In this document: in pieces, positions 40,531 through 50,731 of the stretch
Layout: each line of letters opens with the position of its first letter
Position numbering within the stretch: the first letter of the stretch is position 1
Origin: an uncultured delta proteobacterium
Lineage (GTDB): Bacteria > Desulfobacterota > Binatia > UBA9968
DNA: 64,000 bases
Assembly (NCBI GenBank): GCA_963755715.1
Contig: CAVWLW010000032.1
Span: 96,001 to 160,000 of the forward strand
Direction of reading: 5' to 3'
Position numbers and translations under genes: made by a program
The notes under the pieces: model-generated
The model's database searches: none
What the model was told of the DNA's origin: nothing
Seen by the model: the letters and a program-made list of their open reading frames with translations, nothing else

Positions 40531-41625
40531 TTACTTGTTTGCCTCTTCGATATACTTGCGGAGAAAATTAACCACCTCGGGCGATGTCTGCGAGGCGCGC
40601 TGGAACAAGCGCTCGCCGGCTTCGCCGACTTCGAAGCGCGGTTGAAAGCGCATCGCAGTGATCGCTTCTTGCAAGAAATCCTGATCGCGTGACAGCCCGT
40701 CGAAGGCTTTGCGCAGAATCGCGATGGTTTCCGGCGGCGCTTTCGGCGGCATTAAAACCATCCGCGTCATGTTGGTGCTCGACATATTCGCCGCTTTGAG
40801 CGCTTCGTATTTGATCCCCGACGGCGGCTTGCCAAAAACTTCTTTGTAATAAAAGGTGAACGGCAGAAGCTCCGGCACGTCGCGGCTGACCAAGATTTCG
40901 CCGCTCGGCGCAACCAGGTCCGTGTAATAGATCGGCACGACCATGCCGGTCTTGACCATCTGCGGCTCCACTTGGGTGCGGTAACTGGGAAGAGTTTCAT
41001 CGTGATATTGCGCTTCGCCGCGCTGCACGGCGAGACGCGCGTCGGAGCTGTTGTTGTAGCCGGTGACGTAATCGTATTTGAGTCCGAGGATATCGAACGA
41101 CAAGCGAAAGCGAACGTCTTTGGAGCTGCTCACGCCGAGACCGGCGGCGCGAAACTTTTGCGCCTTGACGAAATCCGAGGGCTTCTTGATGCCCGGTGGA
41201 ACATCGGCGCGGATGTAAGAGACGGTGACGCCGTGCACGCCGGTGATAAAGCCGAATTTGCCGATATCGACGCGCAGAGCGGGATCTTTAATCTGATGCT
41301 GAAAAAGCGCGCCGGTGAAATAGGCCGCCGTAAATCCGTCAGCCTTAGCAACCTCGCCGATGTAGTTCACCGCCGTGAGACCACCGCCGCCGCCCATGGC
41401 TTGAACCGTGACCGTGGGGTTTCCTGGAATGTGGCGGGGGAGATGCTTAGCAAAAATCCTACTCTCGATATCTGTCGGGCCGCCGGCGGCGAAGTTGATG
41501 ACGACGTTGAGAGTCTTGCCTTGATAGAAGGGACTCTTTTCGGCCGCGTAGGCCGTCGTCCAAAGCGCGGCCAACGATAAATAGTTAAACGCAAGAAAGC
41601 AACGTCGCCAACGTTTTCCTTTCAT
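40531..41625 (-). CDS. Tripartite tricarboxylate transporter substrate-binding protein (Bug/TctC)
   Basis: FYQGKTL...AAGGPTD...HIPGNP...GGGG; LAVQRGE. Confidence 0.85.
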   Translation of the reverse strand: MKGKRWRRCFLAFNYLSLAALWTTAYAAEKSPFYQGKTLNVVINFAAGGPTDIESRIFAKHLPRHIPGNPTVTVQAMGGGGGLTAVNYIGEVAKADGFTAAYFTGALFQHQIKDPALRVDIGKFGFITGVHGVTVSYIRADVPPGIKKPSDFVKAQKFRAAGLGVSSSKDVRFRLSFDILGLKYDYVTGYNNSSDARLAVQRGEAQYHDETLPSYRTQVEPQMVKTGMVVPIYYTDLVAPSGEILVSRDVPELLPFTFYYKEVFGKPPSGIKYEALKAANMSSTNMTRMVLMPPKAPPETIAILRKAFDGLSRDQDFLQEAITAMRFQPRFEVGEAGERLFQRASQTSPEVVNFLRKYIEEANK

Positions 41626-41849
41626 TACTTCTCCTTTCGGCTCGATGAGCAACGGCAGGAATCTTACAGAGCTGATTTTTAGGTCGACGTCAGTTAATCC
41701 GCTTCGCTTTCCAAAAACAAACTTTTGTCTCGCCGCTGTTCATACTCCATCCGCCACCTCTTTGTCCAATCGGGTTTTTATAAATTTTACTGGCCACGCG
41801 ATTGTCGTGATGCACTAGTTTGCCTGGTCTCTAATTGAACAGACCAAAG

Positions 41850-42030
41850 CCAGCGATCGGCTTGAAGCGGCACGATTGGGAACGAAGCCCGCTGCGAGAT
41901 GGTAGAATAACTGGCAAAGCGAAGATCGATGTTGATGTGGGAACGTATGAAGTAAACGTCGACGGTCAATTATTAGAAAGCGCACCGGCGCACGTGCTGC
42001 CGCTAGCGCAATGCTATTTCTTGTACGCAA
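41850..42030 (+). pseudogene. ureC: 3' remnant of urease alpha subunit
   Basis: [35 protein letters not shown] resembles the UreC C-terminus (IEVDPETYEV.ADG.LL...PA..LP.AQRYFLF). Confidence 0.75.
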
Positions 42031-42032
42031 GC

Positions 42033-43046
42033 CTACAAGCCGAAGATTTGTCGAAACTCGCGGGCGTAGTCGTCGAAATGAAGGTAGACGTCTTTAGGAA
42101 CGGCCTTTAGCTTTAGTTTGGTTTGATCCATTTTGGGCGCCAGGGGCTCGATGTCGCTGCGCGCGGGAATGCGGCGCATGCCGCGCACCATCTGCTGGCC
42201 TTTTTTCGACGTGGCGAAGTCGATCAGCAGTTTGGCGGAATTTGGATTGGCGGCCTTTGCGCTCAAGCCTATGCCGCTCACGGTGGCGACGATGGGATCG
42301 AAGGTTTCGACCCAGTCTACGGGCGCTCCTTCGCTTTTCATGCGCTCGGCGCGAAAGTTATAGGCCCAAGCCAGCGGCACCTCGCCGGCGCCGAGCAGTT
42401 GCGCCGTCAGGCCGTGACCGCGCCGCCACAACGGGTTCTGCGCCGCTAAACGTCTCATGTACTGAACGGTTTTTTCTTTGCCCCAGACCGTCGCCAACGT
42501 GCCGAACCAGTCGTAGTCCGTGGAGTCCATCAACATCTTGTCCTTCCACTTCGGGTCGAGCAGGTCCGGATAATTTTTCGGCGCGTCTTTGGCGCCAATC
42601 ATTTTGGTGTTGTAGCAGAGCACCAGATTATTGACGAAGATGCCGGTCCAGTAGCCTTGCGGATCTTTGAACTCGCTGAGAAAAGCGTCTCTTTCCGGAG
42701 TCAGATAAGGCGCGACCATATGCCGGTCCGCCACCACCGACATGGCGGCGGTGGAAATCGCGTCGAACAACCAACGGCCGGCGCGGGTTTCGCTCAAGAC
42801 CCGATTCATCAACTGCTCTTCGCCGGCGCGCACGAGCTCGGCTTTGATGAACGGGTAGTCCTTCTGAAAGGCGTCGAGCAACGGCTTCGACGTGTCGATC
42901 GCCATCGAAGTGTACCAGACGAGCTTGCCTTCTTTTTTTGCGCCTTCGATTAAAGCGGCATGGGACGGAGTTTGTGCGTTAAGGTTGCCGGTCAGCAACA
43001 CACTGATGAGAACCGATGAAACGAGAAAACGGAAATGAGTTTTCAT
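42033..43046 (-). CDS. Extracellular solute-binding protein (Fe3+ ABC type)
   Basis: [33 protein letters not shown]. Confidence 0.85.
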   Translation of the reverse strand: MKTHFRFLVSSVLISVLLTGNLNAQTPSHAALIEGAKKEGKLVWYTSMAIDTSKPLLDAFQKDYPFIKAELVRAGEEQLMNRVLSETRAGRWLFDAISTAAMSVVADRHMVAPYLTPERDAFLSEFKDPQGYWTGIFVNNLVLCYNTKMIGAKDAPKNYPDLLDPKWKDKMLMDSTDYDWFGTLATVWGKEKTVQYMRRLAAQNPLWRRGHGLTAQLLGAGEVPLAWAYNFRAERMKSEGAPVDWVETFDPIVATVSGIGLSAKAANPNSAKLLIDFATSKKGQQMVRGMRRIPARSDIEPLAPKMDQTKLKLKAVPKDVYLHFDDYAREFRQIFGL

Positions 43047-43132
43047 TCTAGTCCTCGCGATTGCATGCCGGTCGAGGATGGCGAGGAGCGAAGATCGCGA
43101 TCATCTATCATCGATCCTCTATCCTCGCGATT

Positions 43133-44254
43133 CTAAGCTCTCGGATAAAGCGCATCCATCATCAATTTCTTATGGTGTCCGGGCGTGCCCAGATACTGAT
43201 AAAGCGTATGCGCGAGCACGCTGTGCGCCATCATCGGATGGCTGTAATCGGTTCCCGGTCCGGCCCAGACCATGTGGGCGTAATTCGTCCCATGATAGTA
43301 GCCGTCGCTGGCCGTCGCTTTCGCTTCGTGAGCCCCGGCGCGAGCGTCCAGGCCGCTGTCGATGCGCCAGATCGCTTCGTAAGTCGCCCAGCGCGCCATA
43401 TCGAGATTGATCGAAATATCGACGCAGTGATCCTGCACGCGCTGAAAACGGCCGATCGGCTGTCCGAAGACGACGCGGGTGCGCGTGTACTCGCAGGTGA
43501 TGTCGAAGACTTCCTGGGTGGCGCCGACTTGATAGGCGGAGAGGATCGGCAGCGACTTGTCCAGCGCGGCTTCCAGCGTCGCCCAGCTCGCGCCGCTCGA
43601 TCCGAGGAAATCCAAAGGCGAAACGGCGACATGATCGAAGCGCACTTCGGCGACGGAGACGAAAAATCCGACGTGCGGCGTGATCGTCACGCCGGGACTT
43701 TTGGCGTTGACGAGGAGAAACACCACTTTGCCTTCCTCCGTGCGCGCGGCGCAAAGAAAGTTCGTGGCGGCTTCGGCGTCGAAGACGAAGCGCTTGGTGC
43801 CGTTCATCACGTAGCCGCCGGGAGTTTTCGACAGACGCGTCTCGACCGCTTCCGCTCCCCAGTACGCCGCCTTATCGGTGATGGCGGGCACGACGATCGA
43901 CGAGCCATCGCAAATCTTCGGCAGCAACATTCGTCTTTGCTCTTCGGTGCAGGCTTCGAAAATCATCTGCGCACTGAGCACGCCCGAGGTAAAAAGCGGG
44001 CCGGGGACAGGGCCGTGCCCCAGCGCTTCAAACACGACGGCGCAATCCATCGTCGACACGCCGGCGCCGCCGTACTCTTCCGGCAACATCATGCCGAGCC
44101 AGCCGATCTCGGCAGCTTTCTTGAGCAGCTGCGGCCGGAAGGTCTGCTTGTTTTTGTACCACTGCGTCATCTGATGCGCGGGCACTTCCGCTTTGACGAA
44201 GTCCTCCGCCACTTTTTTAAATTCTTCTTGGGTTTCGGTAAGTGCTAAGTCCAT
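43133..44254 (-). CDS. Acyl-CoA dehydrogenase-like subunit (beta type of a heteromeric pair)
   Basis: GWLGMMLPEEYGG, NGTKRFV, EYTRTRVVFGQPIGRFQ. Confidence 0.85.
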   Translation of the reverse strand: MDLALTETQEEFKKVAEDFVKAEVPAHQMTQWYKNKQTFRPQLLKKAAEIGWLGMMLPEEYGGAGVSTMDCAVVFEALGHGPVPGPLFTSGVLSAQMIFEACTEEQRRMLLPKICDGSSIVVPAITDKAAYWGAEAVETRLSKTPGGYVMNGTKRFVFDAEAATNFLCAARTEEGKVVFLLVNAKSPGVTITPHVGFFVSVAEVRFDHVAVSPLDFLGSSGASWATLEAALDKSLPILSAYQVGATQEVFDITCEYTRTRVVFGQPIGRFQRVQDHCVDISINLDMARWATYEAIWRIDSGLDARAGAHEAKATASDGYYHGTNYAHMVWAGPGTDYSHPMMAHSVLAHTLYQYLGTPGHHKKLMMDALYPRA

Positions 44255-44308
44255 GTGCAACTCCTTTGCGGCAGGCAATAGGCAACAGGCAATAGTTCGG
44301 AGCCTTGC

Positions 44309-45523
44309 TTAGTCTGTTTCTGGCGCTTTTTCCGTCGTCGGGCGGCCGAGGCCGAGGCGACGGGCGAAAATTAGTCTGTCAGTGTCCAGGGTGCCGCCGC
44401 CGTGCAACTGGCCTGGGCCGGTGCGCACAGCGTATTCGAAATCGATCACTTCGTGCACGGACAGGTTTTGTTCGAGAGCATCCGCCCCCATGATCGCTTG
44501 CAAGCGCTCGCCGTTGCGCAGGCGCAGCATGCGCTGATAGTAGCGCTGCTGCGGGCCGCCGTAGGGATGCGGTTTCTTGGCGAAGCGGCGCCAGTAAATG
44601 AGCTGGTTGAAGCGCCGCAGAGTATTCAACTCGATGGTCATCTCGGCGATCAGGTCGCGCACGCGCGGATCTTCGATGATCGGTTTGCCGTCGATGTGCG
44701 TGCTGCGGCAGTACTCGACGACGCGCTCGATCAGCGGATCCACTGCGATGCGGCCGTCGCCGCCGTGCTCGAGCTCCATGTGGGTGCTGGCGACTTTCCA
44801 GCCGTTGTTCTCGCCGCCAATCAAATACTTCGCCGGCACGCGCACGTTGTCGAAGAACACCGCGTTCTTGATGCCCATCATCAAGTTCATGTGCTGGATG
44901 GTGACACCGGGAAGATTCGCGGGGATGTGCAGCCAGGCGAGGTTCTCATGGCGCTTGCCTTGCGGATTGGTGCACACCAGCGTCCACAAATAATCCGGCG
45001 GCAGATGGTGGCCGACCATGACCTTTTGGCCGTTGACGAGGTAGTCATCGCCGTCGCGTAGCGCTTTGGTTTGACAATTCGCAATGTCGCTGCCGCCGTG
45101 CGGCTCGGTGAGCACCTGCCAAACGCAAATCTCCGCTTTTGTGATCGGCGGTAAAAATTCCGCTTTCTGTTCGTCGGTACCCCAGCGGATCAACACCGGC
45201 GCGACGATGCGCGCCAGAGTGTAGAACACATGGGACAGATTGAGTCCGTACTTGAAGAGCTCGGTGTCGAGCACCACCTGATGATCGACCGTGAGATCGG
45301 CTCCGCCGTACTTTTTAGGAAAAAGCGGAAACAGCCAGCCCTTCTTTCCCAGCTTTTCGGCCAGGCCGCGGCGAAATTTATATTCGTCTGCGTCCTCGCG
45401 CGTCGACCACGACGCCGACCAGCGCAGGTGCTCGTGGCCTTTGAACTCTTCGGCCATCCAAGCGGCGACCTCTTTTCTAAAATCCACTACGTGCGGTGGA
45501 TCGGCGCTAACGTTAAAATCCAT
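44309..45523 (-). CDS. Acyl-CoA dehydrogenase (alpha type)
   Basis: QVLTEPHGGSD, VNGQKV, VFFDNVRVP...GGENNGW. Confidence 0.9.
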   Translation of the reverse strand: MDFNVSADPPHVVDFRKEVAAWMAEEFKGHEHLRWSASWSTREDADEYKFRRGLAEKLGKKGWLFPLFPKKYGGADLTVDHQVVLDTELFKYGLNLSHVFYTLARIVAPVLIRWGTDEQKAEFLPPITKAEICVWQVLTEPHGGSDIANCQTKALRDGDDYLVNGQKVMVGHHLPPDYLWTLVCTNPQGKRHENLAWLHIPANLPGVTIQHMNLMMGIKNAVFFDNVRVPAKYLIGGENNGWKVASTHMELEHGGDGRIAVDPLIERVVEYCRSTHIDGKPIIEDPRVRDLIAEMTIELNTLRRFNQLIYWRRFAKKPHPYGGPQQRYYQRMLRLRNGERLQAIMGADALEQNLSVHEVIDFEYAVRTGPGQLHGGGTLDTDRLIFARRLGLGRPTTEKAPETD

Positions 45524-45616
45524 AGTTCACTCCTTTTCTTTCCCGGTCTAGAGTCTCGGTCTAGGGTCTCGAGTTCTCTTAACCCGAGGCACGACACGCT
45601 GGACTCGAAACTGAAT

Positions 45617-46798
45617 TCATATCACTCCACTCGCTCTCAATTCTTTCACTGCGTCGATGTCGTAGCCCAAGTTCGCCAAAACTTGTTCCGTGTGTTCGCC
45701 CAAGAGCGGCGCCGCGCGAAAAAATTTCGGCGGTGTGTCCGACAGGTTGATCGGGCTGCCGACCAAATTGCTCATGCCCATCTTCGGATGGCTGATTTGT
45801 TTCGGAATCCCGAGATGTTTGATCTGCGGGTTGTCAAAGACTTCAGCAATCGTGTTGATTGGCGCATTAGGGATTTGGTTGGCATCGAGACGAGCCAGCC
45901 AATATTCGCGCGCCTTTGTGCGGAACTGAGCGCGCAGCATATTCACGATCTCTTCATGCCGGTCGGTGCGATGTTTGTTCGATGCGAAGCGCGGATCACC
46001 GACCAAACCATCGAGCTCGCCGGCTCTCAAGAAATCTTCCCAAGCTTGGTTATGGGAGGAAAGATGAACCATGAAGGGTTTGCCTTCGCAATCGAGCAGG
46101 CTGTAAATGCGTCCCTTGGGAAAATTTTCCCGCGATACCGCTTCGCCGCCGTTCAAGTAATCAGCGACGTGGGACTCGATGAAGGCGATCGCCACTTGCA
46201 GCAGCGACACGTCGATGAACTGGCCGCGTTCGGTTTTCGCCCGCGCGAAGAGCGCCGCCATGATGCCGTGTGCGGCGAAAATCCCGGCGGAATGATCGAC
46301 GAAAGAGACACCGGCCACTTTGGGATCGTCGAGGTCGGTGACCAGGCTCATCATGCCGCTGAGCGCTTGGCCGATCGTATCGAAGCCCGGCTTGTCGCGG
46401 TAGGGTCCGCTCTGGCCGTAGCCGGAGATCGAGCAGTGAATCAGTTTGGGATTGAGTTTTGAAAGTTCTTCGTAGTCGAGGCCGAGTTTGGCTCGAGTCG
46501 GCGGACGAAAGTTTTCAAGGAAAATATCCGCCGTCGCCAAAAGCTTGCGTAAAATTTCGCCGCCTTTTTTGTGCCGCAGATCGATGGTAACGCTTCTTTT
46601 ATTACGGTTGAGCGCGCGAAAGCTCGGGCCGTAGCCTTCATATTTGGGATTGCGCCCCCGGTGCGTGTCGCCGCCGTTGGGCAATTCGACTTTGATTACG
46701 TCGCAGCCGAGGTCGCCGAGGAGGCTGCTCGCATAGGGGCCGGCCACGTGGCCGCTGACGTCGATACAAGTATAACCTTCGAGAGCTCCGGAAATCAT
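45617..46798 (-). CDS. Family III CoA transferase (CaiB/BaiF)
   Basis: AGPYA...LGDLG, NRNKRS, ENFRP, ISGYGQSGPY, FVD. Confidence 0.9.
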   Translation of the reverse strand: MISGALEGYTCIDVSGHVAGPYASSLLGDLGCDVIKVELPNGGDTHRGRNPKYEGYGPSFRALNRNKRSVTIDLRHKKGGEILRKLLATADIFLENFRPPTRAKLGLDYEELSKLNPKLIHCSISGYGQSGPYRDKPGFDTIGQALSGMMSLVTDLDDPKVAGVSFVDHSAGIFAAHGIMAALFARAKTERGQFIDVSLLQVAIAFIESHVADYLNGGEAVSRENFPKGRIYSLLDCEGKPFMVHLSSHNQAWEDFLRAGELDGLVGDPRFASNKHRTDRHEEIVNMLRAQFRTKAREYWLARLDANQIPNAPINTIAEVFDNPQIKHLGIPKQISHPKMGMSNLVGSPINLSDTPPKFFRAAPLLGEHTEQVLANLGYDIDAVKELRASGVI

Positions 46799-46954
46799 GC
46801 GCGCTTCAAATCCTCAATACAGGTTTCATTTATCGCAATCAAAAAAGGTTTTCTACAGTTTGGCGAGTTGACCGCCCGAGCTATAAAATTTGTTGAGCAA
46901 CTTCGTCATATATGCAACTGTGTCGGCGACTGCTGCCCATTCAGGAGGATTCCC

Positions 46955-47677
46955 ATGCGTTATGAACTATACTATCAACCGTCGATCCAAGGCCGCGGCG
47001 AGTTTGTTCGCCTTTCACTAGAAGATGCCGGCGCGGATTACCTCGACGTCGCGCGCGATCCTAACTTCGGCCGTCCCGGGATCGTGAAATTCCTCGAAGA
47101 CCCGTCTTTGGAACATCCACCGTTTGCCCCGCCGTTTCTCAAAGCCGGCAAGCTGCTGATTTCCCAAACCGCCAACATTCTCCAGTTTCTCGCGCCGCGG
47201 CTCGGTCTCGTGCCGAAAAACGAAGCGAGCCGGCTCTGGGCGCATCAGTTGCAACTGACGATTGCCGATTGGCTGTATGAAGCCGGCCAGACACACCATC
47301 CGATCGCGAACGTCCTCTACTACGAGCAGCAGACGGACGAGGCCAAAAAGCGCGCCGCGCATTTCATCTCAACGCGCATTCCAAAATTTCTCGGCTATTT
47401 TGAAAGAATCCTCAAACAGAACGCCAAAGACAGGGACTTCGTTTTCGGCAAGAAAGTTTGCTACGTCGATCTCTCGCTGTTCCAGATGATCGAAGGGTTG
47501 CGTTACGCTTTTCCAAAGACAATGGCGCAACTCGAATCGCAATACCCGAGAATGGTCACTTTGCACGATCGCGTCAGGGCGCGTCCGCGCATCGCGGCTT
47601 ATCTCTCTTCACCGCGGCGGCTGGCGTTCAACGAGCAAGGCATTTTCCGCCACTATCCCGAGTTGGAAGAAGGATGA
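46955..47677 (+). CDS. Glutathione S-transferase
   Basis: RBS aggagg; YELYY..IQGRGEFVRL, SQTANIL, YVDLSLFQ. Confidence 0.9.
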   Translation: MRYELYYQPSIQGRGEFVRLSLEDAGADYLDVARDPNFGRPGIVKFLEDPSLEHPPFAPPFLKAGKLLISQTANILQFLAPRLGLVPKNEASRLWAHQLQLTIADWLYEAGQTHHPIANVLYYEQQTDEAKKRAAHFISTRIPKFLGYFERILKQNAKDRDFVFGKKVCYVDLSLFQMIEGLRYAFPKTMAQLESQYPRMVTLHDRVRARPRIAAYLSSPRRLAFNEQGIFRHYPELEEG

Positions 47678-47794
47678 CGCAAAAGGGAAACTGTGGACCG
47701 AGCAGGGCTTCCGGAGCTTCGCTCGATGCCGACCTTATCGGCCTGGGTTTAGAATACAGACTCAGTCCAACCCTATGAGCCGGCTGCTAGCAGA

Positions 47795-47831
47795 AACAAA
47801 AAAGGGACGGCCGGCTGCCCGACCATCCCTC
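47795..47831 (-). terminator. Rho-independent terminator
   Basis: Minus strand gagggatggtcgg-gcag-ccggccgtccc followed by a T-run. Confidence 0.75.
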
Positions 47832-47854
47832 TCGCAACGTGCATGTTTAGGAGA

Positions 47855-48274
47855 TTACTTAGTGGCCGGTTTCTTCTCCGTCACGTCGCCTTTTTTCTCC
47901 GTCGCTTTTTTGGATCCGGCCTTGACCGAGGTGGCGATCATCTTTCCATCCTTCTCGGTGTAGGAAACCCTCACCATATCGCCCACTTTGACCTTTTCCA
48001 GCGCGTCTTTAGCGCTCTTGGAATCGGCGGCCAGCTTGATCTCTTTGTCATTTCCCTTGACTGCGAATGTGCCCGCCTTCGCGTCCACCGACGTGAGCTC
48101 ACCGGTAATCCGATGGCTCTTCGCCTTCTCGGATTTCGTCTCCGTTTTCTTCTCTGCCGGAGCGGCTGGAGTCGCGGGTGTAGCGGGAGTAGCCGGTTTC
48201 GTCTGCGCGAAGCCGAGAGCGCTGAAACTTAACGTAGTCAAAGCGACAACTAAAATCTTGATCATGTTTTTCAT
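47855..48274 (-). CDS. Secreted Lys/Ala/Pro-rich protein with small OB-fold-like domain
   Basis: RBS aggaggt; signal peptide; ITGELTSVD...LEKVKVGDMVRVSY. Confidence 0.8.
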   Translation of the reverse strand: MKNMIKILVVALTTLSFSALGFAQTKPATPATPATPAAPAEKKTETKSEKAKSHRITGELTSVDAKAGTFAVKGNDKEIKLAADSKSAKDALEKVKVGDMVRVSYTEKDGKMIATSVKAGSKKATEKKGDVTEKKPATK

Positions 48275-48772
48275 GGTATCACCTCCTTTCTTTTTGTTAG
48301 ACTTGGTTGTTAGACGTGATATTTTCAAAATCCCTTCAAATGCTCCTATAGGTAATAAAAATCTCACACGGTAGCTCACTTAGCCAGTTGTACGCGATAT
48401 CCGGACATCCGCACCCAGTGAACTTGTGGTGCTCCGATTCCTGGATTCGCACAGCATTATTTAAACATTGTGAGGAAGCGTAGTGCAGAGTGGTCCTTCA
48501 GAAGCGGAGGAATCGCAGCCTAAATTTTTAGGCTGCGCAACGCCTTTCCAAAAAAACGACGGCGCGACTCGAACCGCAACACCCGAGGCTGGCGTTTAAG
48601 AGCAAGAAATTTTCCGCCACTATCCTGGGTTGGAAAAGTGATAGACGCGGAAGAAGAACAAAAAAACGCTGGATCGAGGGGTCGTTCTAATCGAAATTAA
48701 TAAACGCGGTAGGCGGTAGATTGTAAAGGTTGTTATGTCTGATCCTATGAGCCTGCCAGGGTGGTTTGCGGC

Positions 48773-49821
48773 TCAATCGCCGGTGAGATACGCGTCGCGG
48801 TAGCCCTCTTGGCTCGCCAATGACTGGCGCACCGATTCCGCCTCTTCTCGAGCGTCGAAATGTCCGACCCGGACGCGATAATAGGTTTGTCCTTTCACCT
48901 CGGCCTTGACCACGTAGCTATCATAGCCGCCGGCTTTTAACCGTTCGATCAAAGTATCGGCAACAGCTTTCCCGGGCACAGCGGAAATCTGCACCGACCA
49001 TTTTTTGCTCACCTCTTCAGTCGACTGAGAGGTGTGCACGCGTGGCTTTGCTGGAATTGGCGCGGCGCTTCGATTCGCGCGCAACTGGCTGTCTCGATCG
49101 AAGACACGTTCTGCGGTCTCGAATCGATGCCAACCTGTCCCGAGGCTGTAGACTGCGCGAGCGGAACTCGCGGCGGGGATTTTTCGCTCGCCCCATCCGC
49201 TCGCTCTTGAATATTCTTGTTGGTGAATAGGCCAAGATAAAAGATGACGACCGCGGTCGCGGCAAACAACGCCGCCGACACGATGCCCCGCATCCAATTA
49301 AAATAAAAGCGCCGGTGAATTTTCGGGTGCTTTGCACGCTCGCCCCCCGGTAATTCCCGATGATCGGAGTAAGTTTCTAAAGCCTGGCCGTCAAGGAGCG
49401 ACTCGCTCGCGATCGAGCCATGGGATGGCGGGAAAGCTTCAGTCAAGGCTGCTTTGGTCTGTAACACGGGCCGGAACCTTGCGATCAACTCGGCGGCTTT
49501 GGCGCCGCGTAATTCCGCCGCGCAAGGTTCAAACGTAAACCCCGTCGGCCGTAAGTGTCCAGACTGAAAGTCGGTTTCGCTTTCGTGGCGCAGCAAGGCC
49601 TCCTGGATGTTCGCCGACTCGCCGATAAAAACTTGGCAATCGAAGTTGAAGAGCCCGTATACACCTGAAGTCGACGGCGCGGTGGCCGAGATTGCCTCTC
49701 GTGTGAAACTTTCCGAACGGCCCTCCGGCTTCCACGACAAGCTCCAGCGCACCGGCTCTTTCTCAATATCTGCAGCGGGTGACTTCAAGATCGGACACCT
49801 GAACAAATGTCTTAGATGCAT
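48773..49821 (-). CDS. GIY-YIG-like / TM / SPOR domain protein (frameshift near 49085)
   Basis: GVYGL...FIGESANI in 49009-49821; TM helix; SPOR domain WSVQISA...YYRVRVGHF in 48773-49297. Confidence 0.7.
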
Positions 49822-50124
49822 TAACAGTTCGACAATGTTGCGACTAGTTTAAACGACTCCGAAGAGTGTGTCACGAAATAATGCTGCCCATCGAGGGTCT
49901 CTTGCCTGAAAACGATTGCGAATTAGGAACTCAGTGGAAGGGCATGGCAAAAGTGTGCTCAACGAGTTTCAATCTCGCCAGATCATCGTGCGCGTACATA
50001 TGAAACGATTTAATGCCCTATCGCTCGGTCGCCAATAAGGTTTGGCCGGCGAGATGCGCGGCGAGCTAGGCAATACTCCCGCCCGACCGTCAGGCCGTGC
50101 TCCAGGCTTTTCTGCCGCTAAAAC

Positions 50125-50577
50125 TCACACGGCGCCATTTTCCTTAGAATAGTCGGTGGTCAGCCATCGTTCGGGGCGCATGCGGATAAGGACGTTATCG
50201 CTATGCGTAGGCGTCTCCTCCATATAGCGGTCCACATAGCGGTCGCCCATTTTTTCTCCGAGATAACGGCGGGCGAGGGGACGCAGATCGCGCTCGATAT
50301 CCGCCGTTTCAGTAGAAGTGATGGCGCCTTCCACGCTGACGTACTCGTACGGCGGAGTTTCCGTCTGCACGCAGAGACTAAACCTGCCGGCCCGCGCGAG
50401 CAGTCGACCCTTTCGCGACTCCCGACCGGTCATGATTCGTAGATCTCCTCCCACATCGTAGGCATACCAGATCGGTACCGTGAGCGGTCCCCGGCCGTCT
50501 TCGGAAATGCTAATGATGCCGACGTGAACATCGGCCAGAAACGTCTCGCGCTCTTGTTTCGTCATGATGAGTGACAT
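50125..50577 (-). CDS. Pyridoxamine 5'-phosphate oxidase-like (PPOX class) protein
   Basis: RETFLA...PLTVPIWY...SRKG...YVSVEG...MRPERWLTTDY. Confidence 0.85.
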   Translation of the reverse strand: MSLIMTKQERETFLADVHVGIISISEDGRGPLTVPIWYAYDVGGDLRIMTGRESRKGRLLARAGRFSLCVQTETPPYEYVSVEGAITSTETADIERDLRPLARRYLGEKMGDRYVDRYMEETPTHSDNVLIRMRPERWLTTDYSKENGAV

Positions 50578-50731
50578 TTTGTCCTCCGTATAAATGAGTC
50601 GATTTAAGTTGCGTTCATTTCAAGGAAGAGTGATGACACCGTTCTCAACTATATCTATCGAGTTCGGGATCGACAACGACTGAAACCAGTTGACTCGTAG
50701 ATAGAAAGCTCGTGCAGTATTAGACTCAGGT

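Noticed and set aside
43061-46462. Long + strand ORFs (43061-44248, 45230-46462) and similar ones elsewhere (21157-22002, 34036-34905, 57611-58798)
   Set aside because: Antisense shadows of well-supported minus-strand genes, expected in high-GC DNA.
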